A model generated the notes under the pieces. It was not told the DNA's origin. It saw only the letters and a list, made by a program, of their open reading frames with translations, and did not search any database. The position numbers and the translations under genes were made by a program. Of a stretch of DNA of 64,000 bases, positions 45,482 to 55,607 are shown piece by piece. The stretch comes from Planctomycetota bacterium (lineage in GTDB: Bacteria > Planctomycetota > GCA-002687715 > DRQF01). Location of the stretch: assembly GCA_027001995.1 (NCBI GenBank), contig JALTLO010000202.1:1-64000 (forward strand), in the 5' to 3' direction. Numbering within the stretch: the first letter of the stretch is position 1; each line of letters opens with the position of its first letter.

Positions 45482-46882
45482 CTAACCTCTTCCTGAGAAA
45501 TCCTCTACTGGTAGAAGTTGTTGGCGGACTGCTCCCGCCAAATACACTGAGCCAGTGACGACGAGTAGATCGATATGGGCCAGATCCTCGGTGACAATCT
45601 GTCGCCAATCATCGAGAGGAATGACGGGGGGGGCATCGTTCCAAGTCCGACCCAATCTCTCAGCCAGTTGATGGCGCGGCATGGCGCGAGGAGATTCGGG
45701 TTCAACAACGAAGACCAAGTCAAAGAGCCCTTTCAAAGGCGGGAAACAGTTTTCCACGTCTTTGTCCCTTAGAAGTCCAACGAGAAGGGCTCGCTTTTGG
45801 TTCGGGAATTCTTCTGTGAGACTGACAGCAAGAGCCTCCATGCTCCGGGGGGTGTGAGCCGAGTCGAGAAGCAGGGGGAAGGGAAATTGCCATGATCCAC
45901 TGTTGGCCGGAAAATGCTCCACTCTGGCAGGCAGCGTGATCTGGCCCAGGGCTAAGCGAGCGAGATCGGCATTGAAATTGAATACGCCTTGTGCTGCTGT
46001 GGTGATGCAAGCTGCTAAAGCCAAAGCAGCATTGCGGATTTGGTGAGTGCCCAAGAGCTTGAGACGAATGTCCGTCAGTTCATGGCCTTGGAAGGCAAAG
46101 TCAAAAATCTGAAAAAGGCCATCCTTCTTGATGTTTGTTATTTGGATCTCTTCCTCCAGCCAAGAAACTGGGGCAGCACGTTGTTTGGCGATCTTTTCTA
46201 TGGTTTCCCCTGCGGCAGAATTATGGCAATGCCCACAGACGACCGGGCGCCCCTCCTTGATGATGCCGGCTTTCTCTCCAGCGATTTGCGCTTCCGTATG
46301 GCCCAGGACGCGGGTGTGTTCTAAGTCGATCATGGTGATGATGCTCACCCGCGGGTTGACGATATTGGTGGCATCCAATCTGCCCCCCAATCCCGTCTCG
46401 ATGATGGCTAAGTCAATGCCGGCTTCGGCGAATGCTAGAAAAGCCATCAGGGTGATAGACTCGAAAAAGGAGGGGAGTTTCTCTGGCTTAGATCGCAGGA
46501 CGGTGACAAGAGGTTTGAGTTTGTCCACCAGTCGAGAAAATTCTCGGGGGGAAACGTCCCTACCTGAAATAGCAATGCGCTCAGTGGGGCTAATGAGGTG
46601 AGGGGAGAGGAAGCGGCCCGTCTTGACCCCATGCTGCAAAAGGATGGATTCTACAATGAGTGTTGTTGACCCTTTCCCCTTGGACCCGGCGATGTGGATG
46701 CTGGGGAAGGCGTCTTGAGGGTTATCCAAATGTGTCGCTAGGTCCCACATGCGCCCCAAGTCCAGGCTATCTCTTTTGAGTGAGTCAGCATTTTTCTGCT
46801 CATAGTCGGTGAATTCGCTTAGAAAGGCCAAAGCTCTCGCCAAATGATTATGATGTTGAGATGACTTGTCGTCGCTATTCAT
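45482..46882 (-). CDS. folC: Folylpolyglutamate synthase / dihydrofolate synthase
   Basis: IHIAGSKGKGST, SPHL..ERI, ETGLGGRLDATN, EH..VLG.T..IAGEKAGI, DSAHT, TGSVYLAG. Confidence 0.96.
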   Translation of the reverse strand: MNSDDKSSQHHNHLARALAFLSEFTDYEQKNADSLKRDSLDLGRMWDLATHLDNPQDAFPSIHIAGSKGKGSTTLIVESILLQHGVKTGRFLSPHLISPTERIAISGRDVSPREFSRLVDKLKPLVTVLRSKPEKLPSFFESITLMAFLAFAEAGIDLAIIETGLGGRLDATNIVNPRVSIITMIDLEHTRVLGHTEAQIAGEKAGIIKEGRPVVCGHCHNSAAGETIEKIAKQRAAPVSWLEEEIQITNIKKDGLFQIFDFAFQGHELTDIRLKLLGTHQIRNAALALAACITTAAQGVFNFNADLARLALGQITLPARVEHFPANSGSWQFPFPLLLDSAHTPRSMEALAVSLTEEFPNQKRALLVGLLRDKDVENCFPPLKGLFDLVFVVEPESPRAMPRHQLAERLGRTWNDAPPVIPLDDWRQIVTEDLAHIDLLVVTGSVYLAGAVRQQLLPVEDFSGRG

Positions 46883-47004
46883 TGATCCACTGTCCTTCGG
46901 GGATACAATCCTTAAGCCGATAGATGTGCCGATTTGAACCGTTCGGCGATTCGACCGTTTGAAAGGTAAGTTCGCAAGACTGACGACCCAAGAGAAGAGA
47001 TCTT

Positions 47005-48444
47005 ATGAGACCTATGTTTCAAAGCGGGATGACAACGACAAAAAATGGCCTGGGGCCATTCTTGTTCATGGGAATTATTCTGGCTGTCATGGTGGCTGGG
47101 CTGATATTTACCACCAATGTGGCGGAAGAGACGGATCAAGAGGTGGAGCGCCAAGAGAAGGGGAAGATCAGCTCTGAAATCACCTTCATTCGGACAGACT
47201 TTGATCCTAAAGTCGAAACCTGGGGCCCCATAAACGACACAACACTTCAGGGACAGCAGGATATTCCGGTTGAAGCATTCAAGAAAGCCGCAGATGTTGT
47301 GGCGTTGCGGCCATGGAATCGCATGTTTGCCGCAGGCAATGTGGTGGACAAGGAGGTCCAAGGGTTCGCGACTTTGGACGTGGAAAAGGCCTTTGCTGAC
47401 CCAGACTCCATCCGCGGTTTACCGGTGGAGGTCTTAGGGCGCTTGGAAACATTGGAGCCCTTTGATCTTTTTGACGCATACACCCACAAACTTCCTGACG
47501 GACGTTACAAAGTGCAGCAGGGGTCTTTGCGTTGCCGCAAAGGAAAACACAAAAGTGCTGCCTTTGTGCACTTCACCTTATTAGACGAAAGGGATGAAGA
47601 TGCCCCTATTTTGGTTCCTGGGGCCGAAGTGAAATTACAAGGGATATTCTTCAAGCTTCAGAGGTATGACACGGAGAAGGGTGTTGAAACCGGCATTTGG
47701 ATTTTGGCCAAACGCATCCACCAGAGCTATAAGTTGCCGCAGGGTGACGAAATAGACCTGCGAACACTCTATGGGGTCCATGATGCGGTGACCGCTGTTG
47801 ATGCTGAACGAGATCCTTTGGAAGAACGGGCCCTCTACCATCTCCTCGGGTGGACCTACGAAGGCCACAAGCCCAAACCAGAGAACGTGCTGAAGATGAA
47901 GGGGAAGGAGCTGCGGCGTCTTCTCAATGAGCCTGAGCGCTACCGGGGCAAGACTATTGAGTTTGCCGCCCGAATTATGCGGGTGGACCATCATGCTATG
48001 AAAACCTGGTTCCCGGAGCATGATGAAGAAGACAACCCGGTCAATGAATTCTGGATTACCTACATCACACCAGATGACAATATCCCCATGACTGTCTTGT
48101 GGTTAAAGGAGCCCCCCAAGAATCTCAAGAAACGTGATCAAGTCCGGATGAAAGCGACTTTTTACCGTGTTTGGGGCTTCAAGTCTCAGAAAGGCCGCGC
48201 TAAGTCACCATTTTTGGTGGGGTTAGGGGAGATGGAAGTCTTTTCGGTGGAGCAAGAGACTGGTTTGGATGATCCTCTCACCTTGGGCTTGATTGTCTTC
48301 TCTGTCCTGGTTCTGATCCTCGTTATCGTGGTGCTTCGGTTCGACCGCCGCCGCGCCGCAGTCTTTGCGGACACAATGAAGGCCAAGAAGCAAATGCACC
48401 GTAAGAGCCGTATATTGGGCTCCAAGGGCCATTCGAAAGAATAA
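47005..48444 (+). CDS. Hypothetical membrane protein with N- and C-terminal TM helices and two similar beta-rich (OB-fold-like) modules
   Basis: TM LFMGIILAVMVAGLIF and LGLIVFSVLVLILVIVVL. Repeats PDSIRGLPVEVLGRL / PERYRGKTIEFAARI. Confidence 0.75.
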   Translation: MRPMFQSGMTTTKNGLGPFLFMGIILAVMVAGLIFTTNVAEETDQEVERQEKGKISSEITFIRTDFDPKVETWGPINDTTLQGQQDIPVEAFKKAADVVALRPWNRMFAAGNVVDKEVQGFATLDVEKAFADPDSIRGLPVEVLGRLETLEPFDLFDAYTHKLPDGRYKVQQGSLRCRKGKHKSAAFVHFTLLDERDEDAPILVPGAEVKLQGIFFKLQRYDTEKGVETGIWILAKRIHQSYKLPQGDEIDLRTLYGVHDAVTAVDAERDPLEERALYHLLGWTYEGHKPKPENVLKMKGKELRRLLNEPERYRGKTIEFAARIMRVDHHAMKTWFPEHDEEDNPVNEFWITYITPDDNIPMTVLWLKEPPKNLKKRDQVRMKATFYRVWGFKSQKGRAKSPFLVGLGEMEVFSVEQETGLDDPLTLGLIVFSVLVLILVIVVLRFDRRRAAVFADTMKAKKQMHRKSRILGSKGHSKE

Positions 48445-48488
48445 TTGGAGTCGAATTGCCGGGATAAAAGGGGGATCCAAGGGGGAAA

Positions 48489-48518
48489 TTGCAAGAAATA
48501 TATCTTTTTCTATATAAT
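48489..48518 (+). promoter_or_regulatory. Putative sigma70 promoter / AT-rich UP element upstream of fliC
   Basis: TTGCAA-N18-TATAAT. Confidence 0.4.
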
Positions 48519-48523
48519 TCGTA

Positions 48524-48550
48524 TAAAGCGAACCCTTTCTCTCCCGATAA
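48524..48550 (+). promoter_or_regulatory. Sigma28 (FliA) promoter of flagellin
   Basis: TAAA-N15-CCCGATAA, one mismatch to the TAAA-N15-GCCGATAA consensus, 128 nt before the flagellin ATG. Confidence 0.8.
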
Positions 48551-48678
48551 GTGCGGTGGAGTTCAGCTTGTCAGCGAAAGGAAACTTTCAACGGCTGCTG
48601 TCAGGACGGTGAACCTTTCCCGAGGTGAGTCGGCCGCCCCAGCGGGGCTGTGGTTTTTTGAATTGAGAGAGGTATCTG

Positions 48679-49500
48679 ATGGGACTGAGAATCAATAGCA
48701 ACATCTTTTCGCTGAATGCGCAAAGGAACTTGAAGAACAGCACCAACAAGCTTGGGAAGTCCTTCCAAAGACTTTCAACTGGTCTCCGCATCAATAGTGC
48801 ATCTGACGATGCTGCGGGGCTGGCCATTTCGGAGCGCTTGCGCTCCCAAGTTCGTTCGCTGGAGCAAGCTGGACGAAATGCCAACGATGGTATTTCCTTG
48901 GTACAGACGGGTGAAGGAGCCCTTGATGAGACCAGTGCAAACCTCGTGCGTCTGCGCGAGCTGGCCGTTCAAGCATCGAACGGCACGCTGTCTACTACCG
49001 ACAAGACAACACTGAACGATGAGTTCACCGCCATTGTGAACGAGATCGACCGGACTGCGAACAGCACGTCGTTCAATAACGTGAACTTGTTGAGTTCGGC
49101 CAGTAACACAATCACCATTCAGGTGGGCTCTGGCACAACTTCTGGAACAGACACGATCGATATCACTTTTGGATCGTCAACAGCTTCCTCTTTGGGCTTG
49201 TCTACTTTGGACATTAGCTCCGCAGCTTCTACGGCGATCACCGCCATTGACACCGCTATCAATAGTGTGGCCAGTCTTCGTGGTGATTTGGGCGCGGCTC
49301 AAAACCGTCTGTCTTCCAGTATTAGAAACTTGGATGTTCAAGTCGAAAACTTGAGCGCTGCTGAGTCACGTATTCGTGACGTGGATGTAGCCCGGGAATC
49401 TGCCAACTTGACCAAGAATAGTATTTTGCAACAAGCTGGTTTGAGTGTCTTGTCGCAAGCCAACTTGGCCCCACAAAGCGCGCTTTCTTTGATTCAATAG
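48679..49500 (+). CDS. fliC: Flagellin (minimal, D0/D1 only)
   Basis: LRINSN...RLSTGLRINSASDDAAGLAISE, RELAVQASNGT, LGAAQNRL, ESRIRDVDVA, ILQQAGLSVLSQAN. Confidence 0.98.
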   Translation: MGLRINSNIFSLNAQRNLKNSTNKLGKSFQRLSTGLRINSASDDAAGLAISERLRSQVRSLEQAGRNANDGISLVQTGEGALDETSANLVRLRELAVQASNGTLSTTDKTTLNDEFTAIVNEIDRTANSTSFNNVNLLSSASNTITIQVGSGTTSGTDTIDITFGSSTASSLGLSTLDISSAASTAITAIDTAINSVASLRGDLGAAQNRLSSSIRNLDVQVENLSAAESRIRDVDVARESANLTKNSILQQAGLSVLSQANLAPQSALSLIQ

Positions 49501-49537
49501 GAAAACGCCAGCTTCGGTTGGGTTAAAACAAGTTCTT

Positions 49538-49569
49538 AAAACGCACTTCTTCGGAAGTGCGTTTTTTTT
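49538..49569 (+). terminator. Rho-independent terminator of fliC
   Basis: AAAACGCACTTC-TTCG-GAAGTGCGTTTTTTTT (cUUCGg tetraloop). Confidence 0.92.
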
Positions 49570-49651
49570 ATGGGGCTGGGACCGTCGAAACCGACGTCTT
49601 TGTCTGAAAATTCTCAGTCCACATGGGACATTGTTGACGTCCATACCTGCA

Positions 49652-50806
49652 ATGACGAATGAAAAGAAAACTCATCTGTGGCGTGAGACGATATTGGGTC
49701 TCAATGACACAGGGCGGGCGGGAAGCCGCGAGCTTGGTGAAATCGAAAAGGCGCTGGGGTCAGTTTTGGCCCTGCGACAACCGACCTCCTTTGTTCTTCG
49801 GCAGATCTCCACTCTGTCTGGGGGATTGGCACGGGCATTACGTAAAGAATCTTTAGAACCTCGAGGCCAAAGAGTCCTCCAAATGTTAGATCGCCATGGC
49901 CTTCATGCCTCAATTTTCGGTGACCAAGACTACCCCCAAGGCCTTTACGCCTTAGCGAATCCCCCCTTGGTCCTTTTCTACAAAGGAAAACTACCTGTTG
50001 AAGGTCAGCGGCGTGTGGCCATTGTCGGAGCCCGTGCTTGCTCTCGCTACGGTAAACGCATGGCCCGAACCCTGGGCCGTGATCTGGCCTTGCGTGGCAT
50101 CGAAGTAACCAGTGGTTTGGCCCGTGGAGTCGACCGAGAGGCTCACTTGGGGGCCCTGGAGGGTGGTGGAGTCACTCACGGTATACTGGGCTGTGGTCTA
50201 CCGCGCATCTATCCATCCGAGCATAGGGGATTGGTCGATCAGATGATGCAGAATGGCTCTGTTATCTGCGAGTTCTCTCCCAATACAGCACCACTTCCAG
50301 GGAACTTTCCGAGAAGAAACCGCATCATCGCCGCCTTGTGTGACGGATTGATTTTGGTGGAGGCCAAAGAGAAGAGCGGTGGGTTGATCACGGTTCGTTG
50401 GGCCGCTGACTTGGGGAGAAATGTGTTTGTGCTGCCAGGGCAGATAGACAACCCTCTCAGTGCTGGATGCTTGGGTCTGATGCGAGATGGAGTGGGAATG
50501 GTTCGCCATGTTGACGACCTGATGTCTGATATGCGTTGGCCCTCAGATGGATTGGAGTCTCATGCCCAGTTGCTGCCTCAGTCCGGCCTAGAAACCATGA
50601 AGATTCATTTGACCGCCAATGAAGAACGTCTCTTAGCCTGCTTAGACCATGAGGCCCTGTCCCTGGACGCTCTGCTTCCAGCTTTGGACCAAACACCGGG
50701 ACAAGTCTTGACGGGGCTTTTGTCGTTGGAGCTCAAAGGATTGGTTGAACAAGAAGCGGGAATGCGCTTTCGCAGGAAGGGGAGGGGCGAAATCGAGGGG
50801 CACTAA
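49652..50806 (+). CDS. dprA: DNA-processing protein DprA
   Basis: DYP..L...NPPLVLFYKG, VAIVGAR, VTSGLARGVD..AH, NFPRRNRII, LVEA..KSG.LIT, C-terminal winged helix LLSLELKG. Confidence 0.95.
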   Translation: MTNEKKTHLWRETILGLNDTGRAGSRELGEIEKALGSVLALRQPTSFVLRQISTLSGGLARALRKESLEPRGQRVLQMLDRHGLHASIFGDQDYPQGLYALANPPLVLFYKGKLPVEGQRRVAIVGARACSRYGKRMARTLGRDLALRGIEVTSGLARGVDREAHLGALEGGGVTHGILGCGLPRIYPSEHRGLVDQMMQNGSVICEFSPNTAPLPGNFPRRNRIIAALCDGLILVEAKEKSGGLITVRWAADLGRNVFVLPGQIDNPLSAGCLGLMRDGVGMVRHVDDLMSDMRWPSDGLESHAQLLPQSGLETMKIHLTANEERLLACLDHEALSLDALLPALDQTPGQVLTGLLSLELKGLVEQEAGMRFRRKGRGEIEGH

Positions 50807-50879
50807 AGGACAGGACTGTTCGCGACTTCGATTTCAGCGGATATTTTGCAAGAAAACGAGCTCTCGCCTGCCTTTTACA

Positions 50880-51074
50880 TCAGTGATCTAATGTGTATTC
50901 CATGACCCAAAAAATGATGGCGCAGATGCCAATGATAGAGATGCTCATGGTGGCGAACAAACGCAACCCCTGGCGCATGACGTCTTTTAGATCGTCGCGG
51001 CCGAGGCTGGAGGAGACCAGGCAAATGACCAAGCACAGGGGTAAGAAAAGGGCGATGTTTTCAAGCAAGCTCAT
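50880..51074 (-). CDS. Small two-TM membrane protein
   Basis: 64 aa, two hydrophobic stretches, GGAGG RBS, ATGA overlap with the upstream gene. Confidence 0.7.
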   Translation of the reverse strand: MSLLENIALFLPLCLVICLVSSSLGRDDLKDVMRQGLRLFATMSISIIGICAIIFWVMEYTLDH

Positions 51075-51526
51075 GCGACTTCCTCCTGAGTCGTGGCTGA
51101 ATTTTCTTCCGATTTCTTAGAGGCGATGTCATAGGCGTCGATAGCCACCAAGACATTCAAGAGAGCGCCAATCCCAGAGTAAAGGCAACCAACATGGTAG
51201 TAGGAACTGTCCCGAACAATCATGAGATTGGACGTGGCTGCGGTGGCGATGGCTGTCATCAAGCCGCCAAAGAGATGAGCGATTCCCCAGATGGGATGCC
51301 GAGTCAGAGGAGCGATATTACGAAAATCCGCCAGCACCATGCCGACGAGGAAGACCAAAATGACCATGCTGCCCAAGAAGATCCCACGGCGCTTTTGGCC
51401 CAAGTAAAAGTGGCCACCACCTGGGATAAGCCATGCCAAGACAACGGCGATTCGTTGTCGTTTCTCAGCTCGCAGGCAAAACCAGGCAAGGAGCGCCGCG
51501 CAGAGGATGAAGGCTTTTTCGAACAT
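51071..51526 (-). CDS. DUF6677-like membrane protein
   Basis: LAWLIPGGGHFYLG..RRG, G.LY..I.ALLNVLV.IDAY. Start at MFEK. Confidence 0.75.
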   Translation of the reverse strand: MFEKAFILCAALLAWFCLRAEKRQRIAVVLAWLIPGGGHFYLGQKRRGIFLGSMVILVFLVGMVLADFRNIAPLTRHPIWGIAHLFGGLMTAIATAATSNLMIVRDSSYYHVGCLYSGIGALLNVLVAIDAYDIASKKSEENSATTQEEVA

Positions 51527-51679
51527 AATTGCTACTCGCGAGCCAAATTGCTGTTTCGATGACTGTGGCACCCTATGGAAATGACGGCAAACCGACAAGA
51601 GAGGCAAAGATCACATCTTTTGTCCCTGTCGAGGTTTACCTATATTTTGCGAGAGCGAATTTTTCTTTTGGGGATTCTT

Positions 51680-52078
51680 TTGGCCAGTCACAAAACCGAA
51701 TTGCGGGTTCGATACGCTGATACGGATCAAGGTGGGGTGGTCTACAACTCCAATTATCTGATTTTCTTTGAGGTTGGAAGAACAGAAATGATGCGCCAAT
51801 TGGGCATCCCCTACGCTCAAGTCGAATCAGAGGGTACAATCCTCCCGGTGGTGGAGGCGCATGTTAACTACATCGCTCCAGCACGTTATGATGATCTCTT
51901 GGTCATCGAGTCTTGCTTTGCTGAAGTCCGGCGGGTGAGGCTAAAAATCGAAACAAAGATTTACCATCAAGAATCTGGTCAGCTCTTGGCGACCGGCTGG
52001 GTTTGGTTGGCTTCCATAGATGCCAACGGAAACCTCAAGCGGTTGCCAGGTGATCTCAGGAAAGCGATTGGCCATTGA
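51680..52078 (+). CDS. Acyl-CoA thioesterase (YbgC/FadM, 4HBT-like)
   Basis: RVRYADTDQGGVVYNSNYLIFFEVGR, PARYDD. TTG start assumed. Confidence 0.9.
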   Translation: MASHKTELRVRYADTDQGGVVYNSNYLIFFEVGRTEMMRQLGIPYAQVESEGTILPVVEAHVNYIAPARYDDLLVIESCFAEVRRVRLKIETKIYHQESGQLLATGWVWLASIDANGNLKRLPGDLRKAIGH

Positions 52079-52167
52079 GAAATTTGGAATTTGAGGGCAA
52101 TGGGATCGTCCACCCCCAAGGAGCGGCGTTGACCGCAAACATGTCCGGCGGGACCAAGGAGATATCA

Positions 52168-53064
52168 ATGAAAGCGTCTATTTGGACGATCGTTCTTGCA
52201 TTAGTTCTATTGGGTGGCTGCGCTTCAAAGGAGGCCATGGACACCCATGAAGAACCCAAAGACGGCATGCAAGCCCAAGTTATTTCCGAGACGGAAGAAG
52301 ATAGCCGGGTTCGGACTGAGCGCCGCCTCCAGCTTGAACGCTCCATGGAGCAATGGTGGGCCGCTTTTCAACGGCAAGAATATGGCAAAGCCGACGGTGT
52401 GGCGGCAGCCTTAGAGACATACGTCAACAAGAACTTTGATGGGGTCCTGAAAGACCTCAAGACTGCCAGTCCCCGGTTTCGTAAAGTAGCAGCAGCTACT
52501 CTTGGTTTTAGCGGCAAACAAGAAGCAGTACCTGCACTCTTGGATGCCCTAGGCGATCCCTTCTCCGATGTGCTTTTTGGTTCCCTCTTGTCCCTTTGGC
52601 GTTTGAGCTTACAGCCAGGAAAAATCGACATTCCTGCCAATGAGATCACTCCCTACCTCATTCACGGCGATCCAGGAATTCGGAGCAATGCGGCTATGGT
52701 CTTGGCCCACACCACCAAGAAGGGCGAAGGCGTCCTCTTCTTGCCATTGACGGCAGCCATGGAAGATAGCAGTCCTCAAGTTCGCGTTCATGCAGCAGCT
52801 GCTTTGGGTGCTTTGGGAGACCCGGATGCGGTTCCTTTCTTGAAGAAAGGGTTGGACGACAAATTGCCTCTGGTTCGTATTCGCTCGGCTTTGGCTTTGG
52901 GCAGAATCGAAAGTCGACGAGCCTTGCGCCCACTCATTGACCACATGGACGATCCAGACAAAGATGTGGCTAAGGCAATTCATAAGTCTTTGATGCGCAT
53001 CTCCGGTCAAAAAATCGACCGGATTCAGAAAGAGTGGATGAACTACTTACGCAACTCAGATTAG
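52168..53064 (+). CDS. HEAT-repeat lipoprotein
   Basis: AAGGAG RBS, lipobox LGGC, repeats VRVHAAAALG / VRIRSALALG. Confidence 0.88.
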   Translation: MKASIWTIVLALVLLGGCASKEAMDTHEEPKDGMQAQVISETEEDSRVRTERRLQLERSMEQWWAAFQRQEYGKADGVAAALETYVNKNFDGVLKDLKTASPRFRKVAAATLGFSGKQEAVPALLDALGDPFSDVLFGSLLSLWRLSLQPGKIDIPANEITPYLIHGDPGIRSNAAMVLAHTTKKGEGVLFLPLTAAMEDSSPQVRVHAAAALGALGDPDAVPFLKKGLDDKLPLVRIRSALALGRIESRRALRPLIDHMDDPDKDVAKAIHKSLMRISGQKIDRIQKEWMNYLRNSD

Positions 53065-53073
53065 CTCAAGTTC

Positions 53074-55284
53074 CTACATCATCGAAGTTGGATCGCGGTC
53101 AATGAGAACCTGAATTCTCTTGTCGCTCCGAATGTTCCGGTGGTTTTCTTGGAACAACGCTTCGAGTTGTTCTCCATTATCTGCCCGTAGCAATATGTGG
53201 TAACGATGCTGTTTGCGAATGAAGGCCAAGGGACAAGGACTCGGGCCCAAGAGCGCGATGTTGCTGGTGAAACAAAGTGGCCTCAAGGCGTCTGCGACCT
53301 TGTCTGCGCGCTCGATGACTTTCTTCTCATCCATTCCCTGAATCACCAGGCGGAGAAGGGCTCCAAATGGAGGGTAGCGAGCATCTCGCCGGTAAGGAAG
53401 TTCCTTTTCCGCGAAGCTGAGGAAATCGTGACTGGCGGCACATTTGTAAGCATAGTGTTCAGGAGTATAGGTCTGGATCAAGACCCGGCCGGGCTTGGAT
53501 CCTCGACCAGCTCGTCCGCTCACCTGAGTCATGAGTTGGAAGGTGCGTTCAGCGGCACGAAAGTCTGGGATCAAGAGGGACGTGTCCGCTGAGATGACAC
53601 CAATCAGGGTGATGCCTGGAAAGTCGAGACCTTTGGCGGCCATTTGTGTGCCAATGAGGATTTGGACAGCTCCTGATTTGAGGTCGCGAAACAACTCTTC
53701 ATGGGCATGACGTTTACGCATGGTCTCGCTATCCATCCGCGCAATTTGAACATGGGGAAAGAATGACCGAGCAGCATGCTCGATCATCTCAGTCCCAAAT
53801 CCTTTGAAGTAGATGTCGTGGTGCTTGCACTCAGGGCATTTCTTCGGTGGGTGGCCGATGTGCCCGCAGTGATGGCATTGAAGTCGATTCTGGGCCTTGT
53901 AGAAAGTAAGAGCGACATCGCATGAAGGGCATTTTAGGACAAAGCCACAGAGCTTGCATAAGACGTTGGTGTGAAATCCCCGGCGGTTGAGAAACAGAAG
54001 AACCTGTTCGCCACGGTCAAGGGTATGTCGGATCATACTCACCAAGAGGGGGGAGAATACCCCTCCAGGCCCGGTTGGGCGTTGGGATCTCATGTCAATA
54101 ACACTGACTTCTGGAAGGGGAATCTCTCGAACGCGTGATGGCATAGAAAGGAGAGCGAATTCCCCTCGCTGTGCGGCATCGTATGACTCTAAGCTGGGAG
54201 TGGCTGACCCGAGAATGACAACAGCTTCTTTAAGTTTGGCGCGCATGATGGCAACTTCCCGAGCGTGGTAGCGGGGAACATTCTGTTGTTTGAAAGTGTT
54301 CTCATGCTCTTCGTCGAGAATGATCAATCCCAAATCGACGACGGGAGCGAAAACAGCACTTCTTGGTCCAATGGCGATCTTCTTCTTTCCTTTCCGAAGT
54401 TCTTGCCATTGGTTGGCTCGCTCTGCATCGGTGAGATGGCTATGCAAGACGGCCACCGACCCAAATCGTGACTCGAAGCGTTCGAGAGTTTGAGGGGTAA
54501 GGGAAATCTCAGGGACGAGGACGATGGCACCCTTTCCTTGGGATAGCGATTTCTCAATTGCCGCCAGATAGACTTCTGTCTTGCCGCTGCCTGTTACGCC
54601 GTGGAGAAGAAACGTCTCTTGCCGTTGTTGGTCAAGGGCTTTGCAAATCTTTTCAACACAGGTTTCTTGCTCTGGCATGAGCCTGGGAGCCCCGGTTTTC
54701 TGGATGTCCAGTCGGGAGAAAACATCCTCTCTTTGGAGGCTTTGCTCCAATCGAACCAAGCCTTTCTTGACCAAGGTTTTGAGGGGAGAATCGCTGGTAT
54801 TGGTCACTCTCAGAAGAACTTGGCGGGGGATGCCTTGCTGGCTTTCGACGACACAAGCGAGGACGTCTCGTTGCCTTTGTTCTCTGGGTGTTTTGAGGCC
54901 GGTTGTCAGTGCTTCTTGGGCATTGGGTTCGATGGCATGGACCACAGTTGTGAGCTTGCCTCGAGCCCCTTTCTTGACACCTGCAGGGAGAAAGGCCGCC
55001 AAAACCTCCCCAGGGCCGCAGACGTAGCGCTTAGCCATCTCCATGGCCATGGTGATTTGATGTTGGTCTAGGAGCGCGATGGGATCGATGATGCGATCGA
55101 TAGGCTTCAAGCCCTCAACATCGTCGGTCTCATGAAAGCCGACAACGAAACCGATGAGCTTTCTTGGCCCAAAGGAAACTTGGACCCTTGCTCCGAGAGC
55201 AATATCGGCAAGCTCCATGGGGGCGACGTAGCTATAGGCTTGTCTGAGAGGGAGAGGCACACAGACCTCAAGAATGAGCCTCAT
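53074..55284 (-). CDS. priA: Primosomal protein N' (replication restart helicase)
   Basis: LHGVTGSGKTEVY, LVPEISLTPQ, DEEHE, GSATPS, LNRRG + four CxxC pairs, GTQMAAKGLDFP, QVSGRAGR. Confidence 0.98.
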   Translation of the reverse strand: MRLILEVCVPLPLRQAYSYVAPMELADIALGARVQVSFGPRKLIGFVVGFHETDDVEGLKPIDRIIDPIALLDQHQITMAMEMAKRYVCGPGEVLAAFLPAGVKKGARGKLTTVVHAIEPNAQEALTTGLKTPREQRQRDVLACVVESQQGIPRQVLLRVTNTSDSPLKTLVKKGLVRLEQSLQREDVFSRLDIQKTGAPRLMPEQETCVEKICKALDQQRQETFLLHGVTGSGKTEVYLAAIEKSLSQGKGAIVLVPEISLTPQTLERFESRFGSVAVLHSHLTDAERANQWQELRKGKKKIAIGPRSAVFAPVVDLGLIILDEEHENTFKQQNVPRYHAREVAIMRAKLKEAVVILGSATPSLESYDAAQRGEFALLSMPSRVREIPLPEVSVIDMRSQRPTGPGGVFSPLLVSMIRHTLDRGEQVLLFLNRRGFHTNVLCKLCGFVLKCPSCDVALTFYKAQNRLQCHHCGHIGHPPKKCPECKHHDIYFKGFGTEMIEHAARSFFPHVQIARMDSETMRKRHAHEELFRDLKSGAVQILIGTQMAAKGLDFPGITLIGVISADTSLLIPDFRAAERTFQLMTQVSGRAGRGSKPGRVLIQTYTPEHYAYKCAASHDFLSFAEKELPYRRDARYPPFGALLRLVIQGMDEKKVIERADKVADALRPLCFTSNIALLGPSPCPLAFIRKQHRYHILLRADNGEQLEALFQENHRNIRSDKRIQVLIDRDPTSMM

Positions 55285-55607
55285 GAGTCTTGGGTGATTC
55301 CGTTCTCTTGGGTGAGACGATTTTCTTCGTGGCAGGTGCAGGGTGTTGCCAAGCACTTGGGGCAGCCCTGGGCATACTTCTTGGCGGCCTGTTCCAGATC
55401 AACATGAGTTAAGCTGGCCAAAGTGGAGAGCCAGGCAAAAACATCTGCGAACTCTTCTTCTAAGTTAGCACGATCGTTCCCTTTGATGGCTCGGGCGAGT
55501 TCACCCACTTCTTCCACGAACCAGACGAACGTTCCGGACACGCCGCGGCTGGAGTCCTTGACGAGATAGATGTCTTCGATTCTTTTTTGAAAATCGGAAA
55601 CTTTCAT
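55281..55607 (-). CDS. MazG-like nucleotide pyrophosphohydrolase
   Basis: EEVGELA, EEFADVFAWL, C-terminal CPKC...C.C. ATGA overlaps on both sides. Confidence 0.9.
   Translation of the reverse strand: MKVSDFQKRIEDIYLVKDSSRGVSGTFVWFVEEVGELARAIKGNDRANLEEEFADVFAWLSTLASLTHVDLEQAAKKYAQGCPKCLATPCTCHEENRLTQENGITQDS

Noticed and set aside
46916..46923. GCCGATAG resembling a sigma28 -10 box
   Set aside because: No TAAA -35 element at 15-nt spacing.
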